IMG/VR virus record: IMGVR_UViG_3300022407_003597
Span: 1 to 57,731 of that record
Origin: a virus
Taxonomy: Duplodnaviria; Caudoviricetes
Length of the DNA: 57,731 bases
Direction: 5' to 3' (one strand)
Of this stretch, positions 1 through 9,304 are shown in pieces. The first letter of the stretch is position 1; each line of letters begins with the position of its first letter. The notes under the pieces were generated by a model. The model did not search any database, was not told the DNA's origin, and saw only the letters and a program-made list of their open reading frames with translations. A program made the translations under genes and the position numbers.

Positions 1-11
1 TCTTCCGATCT
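1..11 (+). other. Probable Illumina adapter remnant (artefact)
   Basis: TCTTCCGATCT equals the 3' end of the TruSeq adapter (..GCTCTTCCGATCT) and sits at the contig start. Confidence 0.85.
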
Positions 12-196
12 GAGAAAGAGGACCCGATCCGCGACATTTTTCCTAACTCCCCTTACTCCTTTAGAAATTCTCTACACAGAGGCCGCTAATCGATTGCAGG
101 GCTAGCTTTTGTCGGAGGGCCGGCAGGGGGAAGGCCCTGAGCCCCGCGAATTGCACACAGAGGCTGTGGTTCGAGTGAGGTGTCCGTACCCCGGGC

Positions 197-799
197 GAGT
201 TAGAGAATTTTTAGCTTTTTCGGGCGACTGACATGACTGACAGAGTTGGACCCTCCAGGGACCCCATATAGAAAAAGAAAAAACCGAAAATGTTACAAAT
301 AGCCAAAACCATTTTTCATTTTTTCCATATACGGCCTAAACGCCAAACTATGTCAGTCATGTCAGTTTCCATGTTATGGAATAAAAAATTTCTAATTTGA
401 TTGGCTGGCTAACTTTTTGATTGGCTGGCTACTCGAACAGGGGCAAAAGTTAAAAAATCACTACTCCACACTGACATTGTTACAAATGAACTTTGTCAGT
501 CACTGACATAGTTGGTGACGGAGAGCGTTAGGTTTTAGAAAAAAGCTAGAGAATTTTTAGCTGTGCCTCCGTGAGTCCTTCGAAAACTCGGAAAATCGGT
601 GCGGGAAAACGCGCGTTTTTGACGGAAAAATCGCACTTTTTTCGGAAATCGAGTGTGATTTTTTAGCTTTTTTGGACCAACTCTGTCAGTTTGAGGGGGT
701 GACTGACAGAGTTTGAAGGGGGTCGGCGAGCAACTATGTCAGTCGGGCAAAAAAAAAGACCCGCACTGCGGCGGGCCTGAGTTAGAGAATTTTTAGCTT
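197..799. repeat. Non-coding left-end repeat region (ACTGACA-core and TAGAGAATTTTTAGCT repeats)
   Basis: ACTGACA-core motifs in both orientations at about 227, 236, 345-366, 470, 489-515, 677, 701, 731; GAGTTAGAGAATTTTTAGCTT at 197-217 and 779-799, partial at 547-562; TTTGATTGGCTGGCTA tandem at about 396-431. Confidence 0.85.
749..778 (-). terminator. Rho-independent terminator of the leftward primase operon
   Basis: Minus strand AGGCCCGC-cgcagt-GCGGGTCT followed by a T run, just downstream of the 798..1100 gene. Confidence 0.8.
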
Positions 800-1100
800 A
801 ATGGGGCAGTTGGTAGGTATAGACCCAACGTGGAAATCCCATGCCAGCCATGTTCCAAAGTCCGTCTGCGTGGCGGAGTAGGCGACCTGTGTGAAACATA
901 CGAGCCAAGTCCCGTCCAAGTTGCTTGCACTTGTCCGCCCCAAACGGCATGCCAACACAATCAGCGCCGGTGGCTTCGATATAGTCATTCACGAAGTACG
1001 CATCGAGAATGTTGACCCTGACATACTTGATTTCTCCTAAGCGTTTTGCTTGGAGGTGCATGTACTCTTCTATCCAGCGGTAACGGTCTTCAGGTTTCAC
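798..1100 (-). CDS. Hypothetical protein (possible winged-helix)
   Basis: 100-aa ORF; GTGA overlap with the primase stop; followed by a terminator. Confidence 0.7.
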   Translation of the reverse strand: MKPEDRYRWIEEYMHLQAKRLGEIKYVRVNILDAYFVNDYIEATGADCVGMPFGADKCKQLGRDLARMFHTGRLLRHADGLWNMAGMGFPRWVYTYQLPH

Positions 1101-3658
1101 AGCTCATCATCCAGGTTGTAGGCCCAGTCCTCTTCACCACGCAGCACCACACCTCGGATCAGGTCGCGGCCGCTGGCGTCGGTGCCGAAGAAGACCTGCA
1201 TGCCGGCCATGTGCGGTGAGTTGAACTCGTCGTAGAGCTTGATCTTGCCGAAGGGCCTGCGGTTGGTCTGACGGCACCAGTCAACGTAGGCGCGGTAGAA
1301 GTCGACACGATAGGCCGATTCGTCTGGTTTCAGGCGGCACACATCCTGGTCAAGCAAGAACTCGATCAGCGTGTTGGTGCGACGACGCCACTGCCCCATG
1401 AGCTTGTCGTGGACCTTGTTGACCTCGAAGTAGTTGCGTTCCTGCAGACGCTTGGCACCCTGTAGCGCCCAGGCCAGGATTTGCGGCAACTCGGCGTCGA
1501 TGATGCGCTGGGCCAGATTGCGGTCGATCTCGGTGTCCTTGCCGATGAGCGAGTTGCGGAACTCCACGATCAGCCAGCGAGAATAGAACGCCTCGCTGTG
1601 GTCCCTGGTGTTGATGAAGTGGTTGGAGTTGAAGATGTGGGTGGCCGAGTTGTGGAACGTGAATGGCCGCATCGTCGGGTGCCGCGCGGTGAGCCGGTCA
1701 CGGCCGATCACTGACTTGAAGCTGCTGGCCGGTATCGGCTCATCGTCAGGCAGCTCGCCCACCGCGTTCAGGCGCTTGCCTGCCAGATTGGCGATGTAGT
1801 ATTCGTCGTTCCAATTGAACGGTGACACGGCCGTCTGCGTGTCCTTGTGCAGTGTGGCTTCGATGATTTTCATCAGCGTTGATTTGCCGCTGCGTCCAAG
1901 CCCCTTGAACAGCACGGCTTTCTCGAACGTGCCCATCACGCCTAAGACTGTGGCCCCGATGATCTCCTGTACCAGACCTACCTGTTCATCTTTGCCTTCG
2001 CCGTCGAAGGTCTGATCAAGGAATGTCTGGAACAATGGCATCTCGCCAACTTCAGGTCGCACTGGTGCGAGGACGCGCTGTCGATGTTGAGGCCCGATCT
2101 TCTCGCGTTCGATCTTGCCTTCCTTGTTGACGAAATAGAAACGGCCTTCACATGCGAGGCCGACAGGTGCGTCATTGAAGAAATCCTCGTTGCCTTCCAT
2201 CGCAACGGTGTAGGCGTGATTGGCGATTGCCATGTAGTCACTGCGGCGCATGCAGTTCTCAAGGCCGTCGAAGTAGCGCGCCACATCGACAGATGCATCA
2301 TTGGGCAAGGTGCCCTGCCATACGCCACGCAACTTGCTGTAGCTGAACAGCATGCCTTCAACACTCACTGCCTCTTCACCACCACTTCGTTCTTCGATCT
2401 TGGTGAGCAATGCCTTGGCGTAGTTCGCGTGCGTCGGGGCTTCGACCTCAGCATCTTCCTTCTTGGCTTTTTCCTTTGCGGCTTTCAGGGCAACGCGCAG
2501 ATCACCGATGCTGTCACCGTTCAGGCGTTTGATCGCCTTCAGCACCGAGGTTTCATCGGTGGCATCGAGCTTGGACGTGGCAAGTTCGTTGATGATCTTC
2601 TTGATGGCACGCGTGGGCTTGTCTTCGAGAAGGCGCATGTCATCGACGGCCTCCAGCAGGCGTTCGACGATCTCTTCGGCTTCTTCTTCGGTTGGCGTGG
2701 ATGAACGGGACGAGTCCCATCCGGCATCCTTTGCCATCTTGTAGAGGGTGGCAAGCGTGACTTCCTTGCCGCGAGATTTTTTCTGAGCCCCACGCCATAC
2801 CGTGCGAAACTCCTTGGCGTCATGCTTCTCGCTCGTCTCCGACCAGGCGCGTGCAAGGTCTTCGGCACATTCCCAACGAGTCCACTTGAGGGCGAACAGG
2901 ATGTTGCGCCATTCGTCGTAGCTGTAGTCGCTGCTGCCCGGTGTCATCGCTTCGAGTGCGCTCTGCACCCGTTCGATCTCGTCCTTCGTCTCTTCAGGCG
3001 GCGGTATCTCAGCAATGGCGTCGAAGTCATCTGCAGAGTCCGGATCGTCTTCATTCGAGATCGTGCCGTCGCCAATGCGCTCCCAGCCCAGCTCTTCAGC
3101 CTTGCGTTCGAACTCGTGGCAGACGCGCTCCGCGTCATCCTTCGTCAGGATTGGTAGGTCCAGACTGTCCACTGTGAGAGGACTGTCCCAATCCCATTCG
3201 TAGGGCTTGCCGGTGTCGGGGTGGATGTGATCGGCAACGAACTGCTGACCGTTGCCTAGGATTTCCACTCGTTCGCCCTTGCGTGGTCCGTTCGGTGAGC
3301 GGAAGAGGGCGCTGGTGATCTTGCGGAACGGCGTGTCCGCGATGAACATGAAAAGGGCCTTGGGGCGCTTGCCAAATCGCAGGGGCGCATCGGCGATGTT
3401 CTCGCGGACCCAGGTGATCATGTGATCGCTCATCTCGGCGTCGAGTGAATCTATGTCGATGGCCGGGTTGAACTTGGCGATCACGCCGATGCCTGAGTTG
3501 GCGTGGGCCGATTTGAGCAGCTTGGCGTACTGCTCGGGCGTCGTGGCGTAGTTTTGCTCCCATCCCTTGTTCCGAGGCCCCTTGGTGCCAGGCGGGATTG
3601 GGATGATGGCGTAACCTCGCTCGATATAGACGAGGCCGTTGTCTCTGAATGACTTCAT
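1097..3658 (-). CDS. DNA primase-polymerase / PriCT-2 / D5-like SF3 helicase fusion
   Basis: N-terminal Prim-Pol features (IIPIPPGTKGP, AIDID, HIHPDTGKPYEW), PriCT-2-like YDEWRNILFALK, Walker A GLGRSGKST. Confidence 0.9.
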   Translation of the reverse strand: MKSFRDNGLVYIERGYAIIPIPPGTKGPRNKGWEQNYATTPEQYAKLLKSAHANSGIGVIAKFNPAIDIDSLDAEMSDHMITWVRENIADAPLRFGKRPKALFMFIADTPFRKITSALFRSPNGPRKGERVEILGNGQQFVADHIHPDTGKPYEWDWDSPLTVDSLDLPILTKDDAERVCHEFERKAEELGWERIGDGTISNEDDPDSADDFDAIAEIPPPEETKDEIERVQSALEAMTPGSSDYSYDEWRNILFALKWTRWECAEDLARAWSETSEKHDAKEFRTVWRGAQKKSRGKEVTLATLYKMAKDAGWDSSRSSTPTEEEAEEIVERLLEAVDDMRLLEDKPTRAIKKIINELATSKLDATDETSVLKAIKRLNGDSIGDLRVALKAAKEKAKKEDAEVEAPTHANYAKALLTKIEERSGGEEAVSVEGMLFSYSKLRGVWQGTLPNDASVDVARYFDGLENCMRRSDYMAIANHAYTVAMEGNEDFFNDAPVGLACEGRFYFVNKEGKIEREKIGPQHRQRVLAPVRPEVGEMPLFQTFLDQTFDGEGKDEQVGLVQEIIGATVLGVMGTFEKAVLFKGLGRSGKSTLMKIIEATLHKDTQTAVSPFNWNDEYYIANLAGKRLNAVGELPDDEPIPASSFKSVIGRDRLTARHPTMRPFTFHNSATHIFNSNHFINTRDHSEAFYSRWLIVEFRNSLIGKDTEIDRNLAQRIIDAELPQILAWALQGAKRLQERNYFEVNKVHDKLMGQWRRRTNTLIEFLLDQDVCRLKPDESAYRVDFYRAYVDWCRQTNRRPFGKIKLYDEFNSPHMAGMQVFFGTDASGRDLIRGVVLRGEEDWAYNLDDEL

Positions 3659-3696
3659 GTGTTGTTCTCTTGGGTGAAGTTGATGGAGGGACTACT

Positions 3697-3969
3697 TCAC
3701 ACTTCAAGAGGACGCAACAGCCATTCGGCCTTCAAGCTGCCTTTCAGTTGGGATTCGATGTGCTTGGCACTGCTCTCGCTGAAGAAGCCGCGCTTGATGT
3801 AGATCATCACGGTCGTGTGCGAGAGATGCACGATCCGGGCGAATGATCGGATGGAGACTTCATTGGTTTTTGCCATCGTCACGGCGAGGATCATGTATTG
3901 AAGGCGGGCCGATGCCTTTTCGACGCCCTTCAATGACTCGACGTGCTTGGGGAACTGTGTGATATTCAT
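3697..3969 (-). CDS. HTH DNA-binding protein (Cro-like regulator)
   Basis: GGAGA RBS before ATG at 3969; SIRSFARIVHLSHTTVMIYIKRG helix-turn-helix pattern; position upstream of primase as in Chi-like phages. Confidence 0.7.
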   Translation of the reverse strand: MNITQFPKHVESLKGVEKASARLQYMILAVTMAKTNEVSIRSFARIVHLSHTTVMIYIKRGFFSESSAKHIESQLKGSLKAEWLLRPLEV

Positions 3970-3989
3970 GCAACTATCTCCGGGTTGAG

Positions 3990-4040
3990 GCGCACTATAG
4001 CAAAAAAGTCTTGCGGACTCACCATTTGGTGTATAGTTGC
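3990..4040. promoter_or_regulatory. Divergent promoter region
   Basis: Leftward extended -10 TGCTATAGT (3994-4002); rightward TATAGT (4032-4037); palindrome CACCATTTGGTG at 4020-4031. Confidence 0.5.
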
Positions 4041-4139
4041 GGCTCTTTGATTGATTTGCTGACATTGCGCAGCGTGACCGGCGCGGGATTGGCCCGTACT
4101 GTGTCGGTCCCATCCACAGGGCTTGAAACCGGAGAAATC

Positions 4140-4502
4140 ATGAGTTTGGAAGAACAGATCGAGAAGTTGACCAAGGCCGTCGAAGCCAACACGGCGGCAC
4201 TGCTCAAGGGTGGCGGCGGCGCGGCGGCGAGCAGTGGCAGCGGCGAAACCAAGGCCCCCAAGACGACCGCCTCCAAGACGACGACCGCTTACGAGGCCCA
4301 ACACACCAAGAGCGAGGCCAACGCGGTCATCAACGAGGTGAAGGAAAAGCTCGGTGTCGCCAAGGCCAAGGCCATCATCAAGGAAGTCGGCTTTGACCGG
4401 CTGGAGCAGGTCACCAAGCCCGAGCACATCGACCAGCTCTACAAGCTGTCCAAGGAAGCGCTGGGCGAGGAAGAAGGCGGCGGCGACGGCGGCGGGCTGT
4501 AA
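4140..4502 (+). CDS. Replication-module hypothetical protein
   Basis: GGAGA RBS, strong GC3 codon bias, N-terminal coiled coil plus Ala/Gly/Thr linker; ends GDGGGL. Confidence 0.8.
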   Translation: MSLEEQIEKLTKAVEANTAALLKGGGGAAASSGSGETKAPKTTASKTTTAYEAQHTKSEANAVINEVKEKLGVAKAKAIIKEVGFDRLEQVTKPEHIDQLYKLSKEALGEEEGGGDGGGL

Positions 4503-4601
4503 GCCGGCCTGGGCACTGAGAGAACACCCAACGCCTGCCTCTTGAGAGCGGTCGGCGTCGGGTATGAGAAGATATTCATCAACTGAACTGGAGAAATCAA
4601 C

Positions 4602-4784
4602 ATGGCGAAAGAAACCCCGAATTTCAAGAAGGGCGCGAACGTGCTGACGCCCAAGGGCGAAAAAGGCGTTGTGGTCGGCAAGCGCGAGTCCACCATCGGC
4701 TTCTTCTACGAGGTCAACGTCGGCGGCAGCGGCAAGGACAAGATCATCAAGTCCTTCCGGCCCGCCGCCCTGGCCGCGCGCTGA
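4602..4784 (+). CDS. Small basic protein, possible SH3/KOW-like beta fold
   Basis: GGAGA RBS, strong codon bias, FKKGANVLTPKGEKGVVVG pattern; followed by a terminator. Confidence 0.7.
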   Translation: MAKETPNFKKGANVLTPKGEKGVVVGKRESTIGFFYEVNVGGSGKDKIIKSFRPAALAAR

Positions 4785-4804
4785 CACGCGGTTCGTGATC
4801 ATTC

Positions 4805-4829
4805 ACCCCGGCCGTTGCGCCGGGGTTTT
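4805..4829 (+). terminator. Rho-independent terminator
   Basis: ACCCCGGC-cgttgc-GCCGGGGT-TTT. Confidence 0.65.
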
Positions 4830-4865
4830 CATTAGTGCAGCTTTTGGCTGTAGCAGTGAGAACCA

Positions 4866-6194
4866 ATGACCGAACACCGCATCAATCTCTCAACCTTGGC
4901 GAGGATCAAGGACAACTCGGGCCACAGCATCTACGGTCCCAGTTCGTCTCATATGTACCTGCATTGCGCGGGTTCTTTGATCCCGAACCTGCTTGCCAAG
5001 GATACGGCGGGTGATGACGCGGCTTACGGCACGGTGGCGCACGGTGTCACCGAACAGTGGTTGAAGTCCGGGCATCGGCCGGATCATCTTGTTGGCACCA
5101 ATGAGTTTGTCCCGAGCGGCAAGTGGGGCTTTCTGATTGACATTGATGACGAGATGTTGGACTACGCACAGCAGTGCGTCGACTGGGTTGAGTTCCTACC
5201 TGGTGTCCATTACATCGAGCGGCGTGTTGACTTCTCACGGTTGACTCCGATTCCCAATCAGCGCGGCACGGCCGACTTCATTGCCATTGACGACGAGCGT
5301 ATGGTGGTGGCTGATTGGAAGTTCGGTAAGGGTGTGCGTGTGTACGCCGAGGACAATTCACAAGGCATGCTGTACGCTCTTGGCGCGCTGTTCGAGTTCG
5401 ATTCGCGCTACAACGGCAGGCATCGAATCAAGGAGATTGAGATACGCATCGGCCAGCCCCGCATGGACAACTTCGACGTGTGGGTCATCAGCGCTGAGGA
5501 TTTGATCAAGTGGGGCGAGTGGGCGAAGGAGCGCATGGCCGAGGCGTGGGTGATCAACGCCCCTCGGACGCCAGGTACGAGCCAATGCAGGTTTTGTCGT
5601 GTCAACATCGACTGTGCTGCTTACGCCAAGCTGCTAGTTGACATGACCGAAGGGGTCTTTGAGAACCTTGAGCAATCAGTGAGCGAACAAGACATGATTG
5701 CGTTCAAAGAGCGCATCGAAGACCTGGATTTCTCGCCAAATTTCGCTGACGTTGGTAAACTAACGACTGAGCACCTTGAATTGCTGATGCCGTATAGAAC
5801 GACGGCTGAGGGGTGGTGGAATCGAGTTGACAATGAACTGATGCGGCGCATTGCCGCTGGAGAGAGACTGAAGGGCCACAAGATTGTCGAGGGACGTTCT
5901 CGCAGAGCGTTCAATGACAAGGACAAGGCTGTTCAGATGCTGACTGAGAACAAAGTGCCTTACGACAAGGCGGTTGTGAGCGAGCTGGTATCGCCTGCGG
6001 TCGCTGAAAAGCTCCTGCGTGAAGTGGGACTGAAGACGAAGGTACTCCCGAGTTTGTTCGAGGGCTTGATCTATAAGCCACCGGGCAAGCCAACTCTCGT
6101 GCCGTTGCATGACAAGCGGCCCGAGATTGCACCAAGCGACGACGGTGTATTCACTGACGTTGAATCTGAAACCGATGAACCTGAAGGAATCTGA
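4866..6194 (+). CDS. Cas4-like PD-(D/E)XK exonuclease (DUF2800 family)
   Basis: HS..GPSS...C.GS, GTVAH, GTADF, DWKFGKG, Q..LYALG, CRFCR motifs; canonical position before SSB. Confidence 0.88.
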   Translation: MTEHRINLSTLARIKDNSGHSIYGPSSSHMYLHCAGSLIPNLLAKDTAGDDAAYGTVAHGVTEQWLKSGHRPDHLVGTNEFVPSGKWGFLIDIDDEMLDYAQQCVDWVEFLPGVHYIERRVDFSRLTPIPNQRGTADFIAIDDERMVVADWKFGKGVRVYAEDNSQGMLYALGALFEFDSRYNGRHRIKEIEIRIGQPRMDNFDVWVISAEDLIKWGEWAKERMAEAWVINAPRTPGTSQCRFCRVNIDCAAYAKLLVDMTEGVFENLEQSVSEQDMIAFKERIEDLDFSPNFADVGKLTTEHLELLMPYRTTAEGWWNRVDNELMRRIAAGERLKGHKIVEGRSRRAFNDKDKAVQMLTENKVPYDKAVVSELVSPAVAEKLLREVGLKTKVLPSLFEGLIYKPPGKPTLVPLHDKRPEIAPSDDGVFTDVESETDEPEGI

Positions 6195-6195
6195 A

Positions 6196-6837
6196 ATGAG
6201 CAAACTGGAAAAAGTCAAAGACGGGAGGAACTACACCCTGTTCGTCGACGGCAAGGGGGAGAAGTACATCGCCATTCGTGGCGTCCGTGCGTCCTACCCT
6301 TTCATCGGCAGTCCCAGTGAAGGCGAGGACGACGACGGCAACTCGCGCAAGAACTTCCGCGTGGTCGGCATGCTGCCCAAGAGCACACACCGTGAGGCCA
6401 AGGATGCGGTCAAGGCACTGATCCAGGAACTGATCGAGACGAACAAGTCCAAGGTGCCTGCCGACAAGTGGTTTCTCGCGGACGGCAACGAGAAGGAAGA
6501 AGAGGTCATGCATGAGCACTTCCTCGTCACTGCCGCCAACAACAAGCGGCCGGTGGCGCGCGACAACCGCGCCGAGGTCATGGACGACATTGCCAAGATC
6601 GACGATATGTTCTACGGCGGCTGCTGGATCAACATGCTGATCCGGCCCTGGTTCTTCAACGGCAAGGCCAAGGGCAGTTCCAAGACCTTCCCCAAGCGCA
6701 TCTCGGCCAACCTGGTCAGCGTCCAGTTCGTGAAGAACGACGATCCGTTCGGCAACGGCCGCGTCGATGAGAGCGATGTGTGGGACACCGAGGGTGACGG
6801 TGTTGGTGACGATGGCGTGGACGACGACGGCCTGTGA
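6196..6837 (+). CDS. Single-stranded DNA-binding protein (DUF2815 family)
   Basis: VRASYP, FYGGCW, NL.SVQFVK.DDPFG motifs and acidic tail ending DDDGL. Confidence 0.85.
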   Translation: MSKLEKVKDGRNYTLFVDGKGEKYIAIRGVRASYPFIGSPSEGEDDDGNSRKNFRVVGMLPKSTHREAKDAVKALIQELIETNKSKVPADKWFLADGNEKEEEVMHEHFLVTAANNKRPVARDNRAEVMDDIAKIDDMFYGGCWINMLIRPWFFNGKAKGSSKTFPKRISANLVSVQFVKNDDPFGNGRVDESDVWDTEGDGVGDDGVDDDGL

Positions 6838-6859
6838 TCACCTGACGATGTGATCACCT

Positions 6860-6893
6860 AACTCCCGAGTGGCGTTTGCGACTCGGGAGTTTT
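6860..6893 (+). terminator. Hairpin/terminator between SSB and polymerase genes
   Basis: AACTCCCGAGT..ACTCGGGAGTT 11-bp stem followed by TT. Confidence 0.6.
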
Positions 6894-6908
6894 CACTTGG
6901 AGATTCAT

Positions 6909-9017
6909 ATGGCGTACAAAGACAAGCGTCCAACCGCTGTGTTCGATGAAGAGTGCTACCCTAACTATTGGAGCATCGGTTTTAAGTGCGTCGACACGGG
7001 TCGGACAAAATTCTTCGAGATGAAGGACGACGGTCCGCTTGATCGGATGGGTATCAAGAGAATTTTGAAGAACTGGCGTGTCGTTGGCTTCAATTCGACC
7101 AACTACGACATGCCGATGCTGTCACTCGCAATGCGTGATGGCGTCACGAACGGTGAACTCAAGCGGGCCAGTGATGCAATCATTCTGAGCGACATGCGGC
7201 CGTGGCAGTTCTTTGATCACTACGGCACGTCGCTGCCTGACTGGATCGATCACATCGACTTGATGGAGGTGTCCCCTGGATCACCTACGAAACCATCGTT
7301 GAAGGTTTACGCGGGTCGTTTGCACCATAAGACGATGCGTGATCTTCCGTATGAGCCTGACATGGTGATGACTGAGGCCGAACTGGATGGTCCTGACGGC
7401 GTTCGTGTGTATCACGGCAACGATCTGAACGTCACGGACGATTTCCACACTGAGTTGAAAGCACAGATTGAGATTCGTGCTGAGATGAGCGACGTTTATG
7501 GTATTGATCTGCGCAGCAAGAGTGATGCACAGATTGCCGAGGCGGTGATCGTCGCTGAGTGCGAACGCATGAACAAGCGACGGATATACCGTCAAGACAT
7601 TAAGCCTGGCACGTTCTTCTACAAAGCGCCAGAGCACATCAAATTCAAGACGAAGCAGTTCCAGGACATGCTTCGTATGATCACCACGTCTGCTTTCACC
7701 GTTGATCGCGCCGGCATTGTTCACATGCCAAAGGCTCTTGAGGATTTTTCGCTGACCATCAATGGCGGCACGTATCGCATGGGCAGTGGAGGGCTGCACT
7801 CGTCCGAGAGCGCGCAATTCCTTCAGATCGACGACCTGTATGAACTCGTAGACACGGATGCCACGAGCTACTATCCGAAGTTGATCATCGATGGTGGTTA
7901 CTTTCCAGCCCACATCGGCTCAGTGTTCCTTCGAGTCTATCGAGTTCTGTACGAGCGTCGATTGGCTGCAAAGAAGGCTGCGACCATTACTGAGGAACTG
8001 ATCAAGCGGGCCGTTGATCCTGATGAGATTGCCAAACTGAAGTGGATACTGCGCAATAATCAGAACATCGCTGAGACGTTGAAGATTATTCTGAATGGAG
8101 CCTTTGGAAAGCTGGGTTCTCCGTTCTCCAAGATTTATTCTCCATCATTGATGATCCAGACCACGCTGACTGGCCAGCTTGATATGCTGATGCTGATCGA
8201 GGATTTGGAACTTCGAGGATTGCACTGCGTGTCGGCCAACACTGATGGCTTCGTGTCTTACATAGAGCGCTCGCGCCGCGACGAATTCAATGCGGTCGTA
8301 TTCGATTGGGAATGTACCACTGGGCTTAGCACAGAGAAGACGTACTACCGAATTCTCGCCTCGCGCGATGTTAACAACTACATCGCCATCGGTGTCGACG
8401 GCAAGGTCAAGACCAAGGGCACCTATGCTCCTGCTGGTCCTGGACAGAAGGGCGCTGCAGGCATGAAGAAGAATCCGAACGCCGAGGTTTCTATCGATGC
8501 AGTCATTGCTCTGCTGAAGGAAGGAACGCCGATAGATGAGACTGTGCGCAAGTGCGTGGACATTCGCAAGTTCGTGATGATTCGCAAGGTCAAAGGTGGT
8601 GCAGAGAAGGGTGGAGAGAGCATTGGCAAGGTGATACGTTGGGCGTATCGGGCCAATGAAAGGAACGCCATAAACTACAAGATGAATGGGAACACGGTCC
8701 CTCGAACTGAAGGTGCGTGGCCGTTGATGGAACTTCCTGAAGAGTTCCCTGATTGGATTGATCATGATTGGTATGTGCGCGAGGCTCATGCAATCATGCA
8801 GGATATCGGAATGCCGGTCTTAGACCCGACGTTGCGCGGCCGTAAGGGCCATATGAACGCCCGCCTTCCTGATCAGAAGACGTACCACGTTGTCAAACTA
8901 CCAGTTGGTGTTGCGCTTTGTGGCAGAGGACCCGACAGCATGCGAGACGCTTGGATCGAGGATGGCTACCTCGGTCAGAAGATTTGCAGCAAGTGCCTAC
9001 GGGAGCAAACACTGTGA
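6909..9017 (+). CDS. DNA polymerase, family B type, with N-terminal 3'-5' exonuclease
   Basis: Exo motifs FDEECY, GFNSTNYD, YHGND; polymerase motifs DATSYYP, KIILNGAFGK, SANTDG; GGAGA RBS. Confidence 0.88.
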   Translation: MAYKDKRPTAVFDEECYPNYWSIGFKCVDTGRTKFFEMKDDGPLDRMGIKRILKNWRVVGFNSTNYDMPMLSLAMRDGVTNGELKRASDAIILSDMRPWQFFDHYGTSLPDWIDHIDLMEVSPGSPTKPSLKVYAGRLHHKTMRDLPYEPDMVMTEAELDGPDGVRVYHGNDLNVTDDFHTELKAQIEIRAEMSDVYGIDLRSKSDAQIAEAVIVAECERMNKRRIYRQDIKPGTFFYKAPEHIKFKTKQFQDMLRMITTSAFTVDRAGIVHMPKALEDFSLTINGGTYRMGSGGLHSSESAQFLQIDDLYELVDTDATSYYPKLIIDGGYFPAHIGSVFLRVYRVLYERRLAAKKAATITEELIKRAVDPDEIAKLKWILRNNQNIAETLKIILNGAFGKLGSPFSKIYSPSLMIQTTLTGQLDMLMLIEDLELRGLHCVSANTDGFVSYIERSRRDEFNAVVFDWECTTGLSTEKTYYRILASRDVNNYIAIGVDGKVKTKGTYAPAGPGQKGAAGMKKNPNAEVSIDAVIALLKEGTPIDETVRKCVDIRKFVMIRKVKGGAEKGGESIGKVIRWAYRANERNAINYKMNGNTVPRTEGAWPLMELPEEFPDWIDHDWYVREAHAIMQDIGMPVLDPTLRGRKGHMNARLPDQKTYHVVKLPVGVALCGRGPDSMRDAWIEDGYLGQKICSKCLREQTL

Positions 9018-9304
9018 GCTTTTACGAAAAGCCAGTCAAGGAGATTGACGACATTGAGAAGCCTGCGATGAAGTTCGCAGAGCGTCGTGGTTGGTTTCAA
9101 TGCAAGATGACCTCACCGTCGATCAATGGCATGCCTGATCGTTTCCTTGCTCGTTGGGATAGAGGTGTGGTGCTTATTGAGTTCAAGGCTCCTGGTAAGC
9201 CTCTTCGAACTATTCAGGTCGAACGTATTGACGAGCTTCGCAAGCAAGGTGTCGAGGTTCATGTCTTCGACAATCTGCAAGATGCAAAAGATTTCCTTCG
9301 ATGA
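9014..9304 (+). CDS. VRR-NUC domain nuclease
   Basis: E..IE, GMPDR, IEFKAPG..L...Q motifs; GTGA overlap with polymerase stop. Confidence 0.88.
   Translation: MSFYEKPVKEIDDIEKPAMKFAERRGWFQCKMTSPSINGMPDRFLARWDRGVVLIEFKAPGKPLRTIQVERIDELRKQGVEVHVFDNLQDAKDFLR

Noticed and set aside
1-11. First 11 nt as part of the phage terminus
   Set aside because: They match the Illumina adapter end
197-799. Left-end repeats as a CRISPR or mini-CRISPR array
   Set aside because: Repeats are short, in mixed orientation and irregularly spaced, with no constant repeat-spacer period
4866-6194. Cas4-like gene as evidence of a CRISPR-Cas system
   Set aside because: It is the standard DUF2800 replication-module nuclease; no other cas genes or array are present
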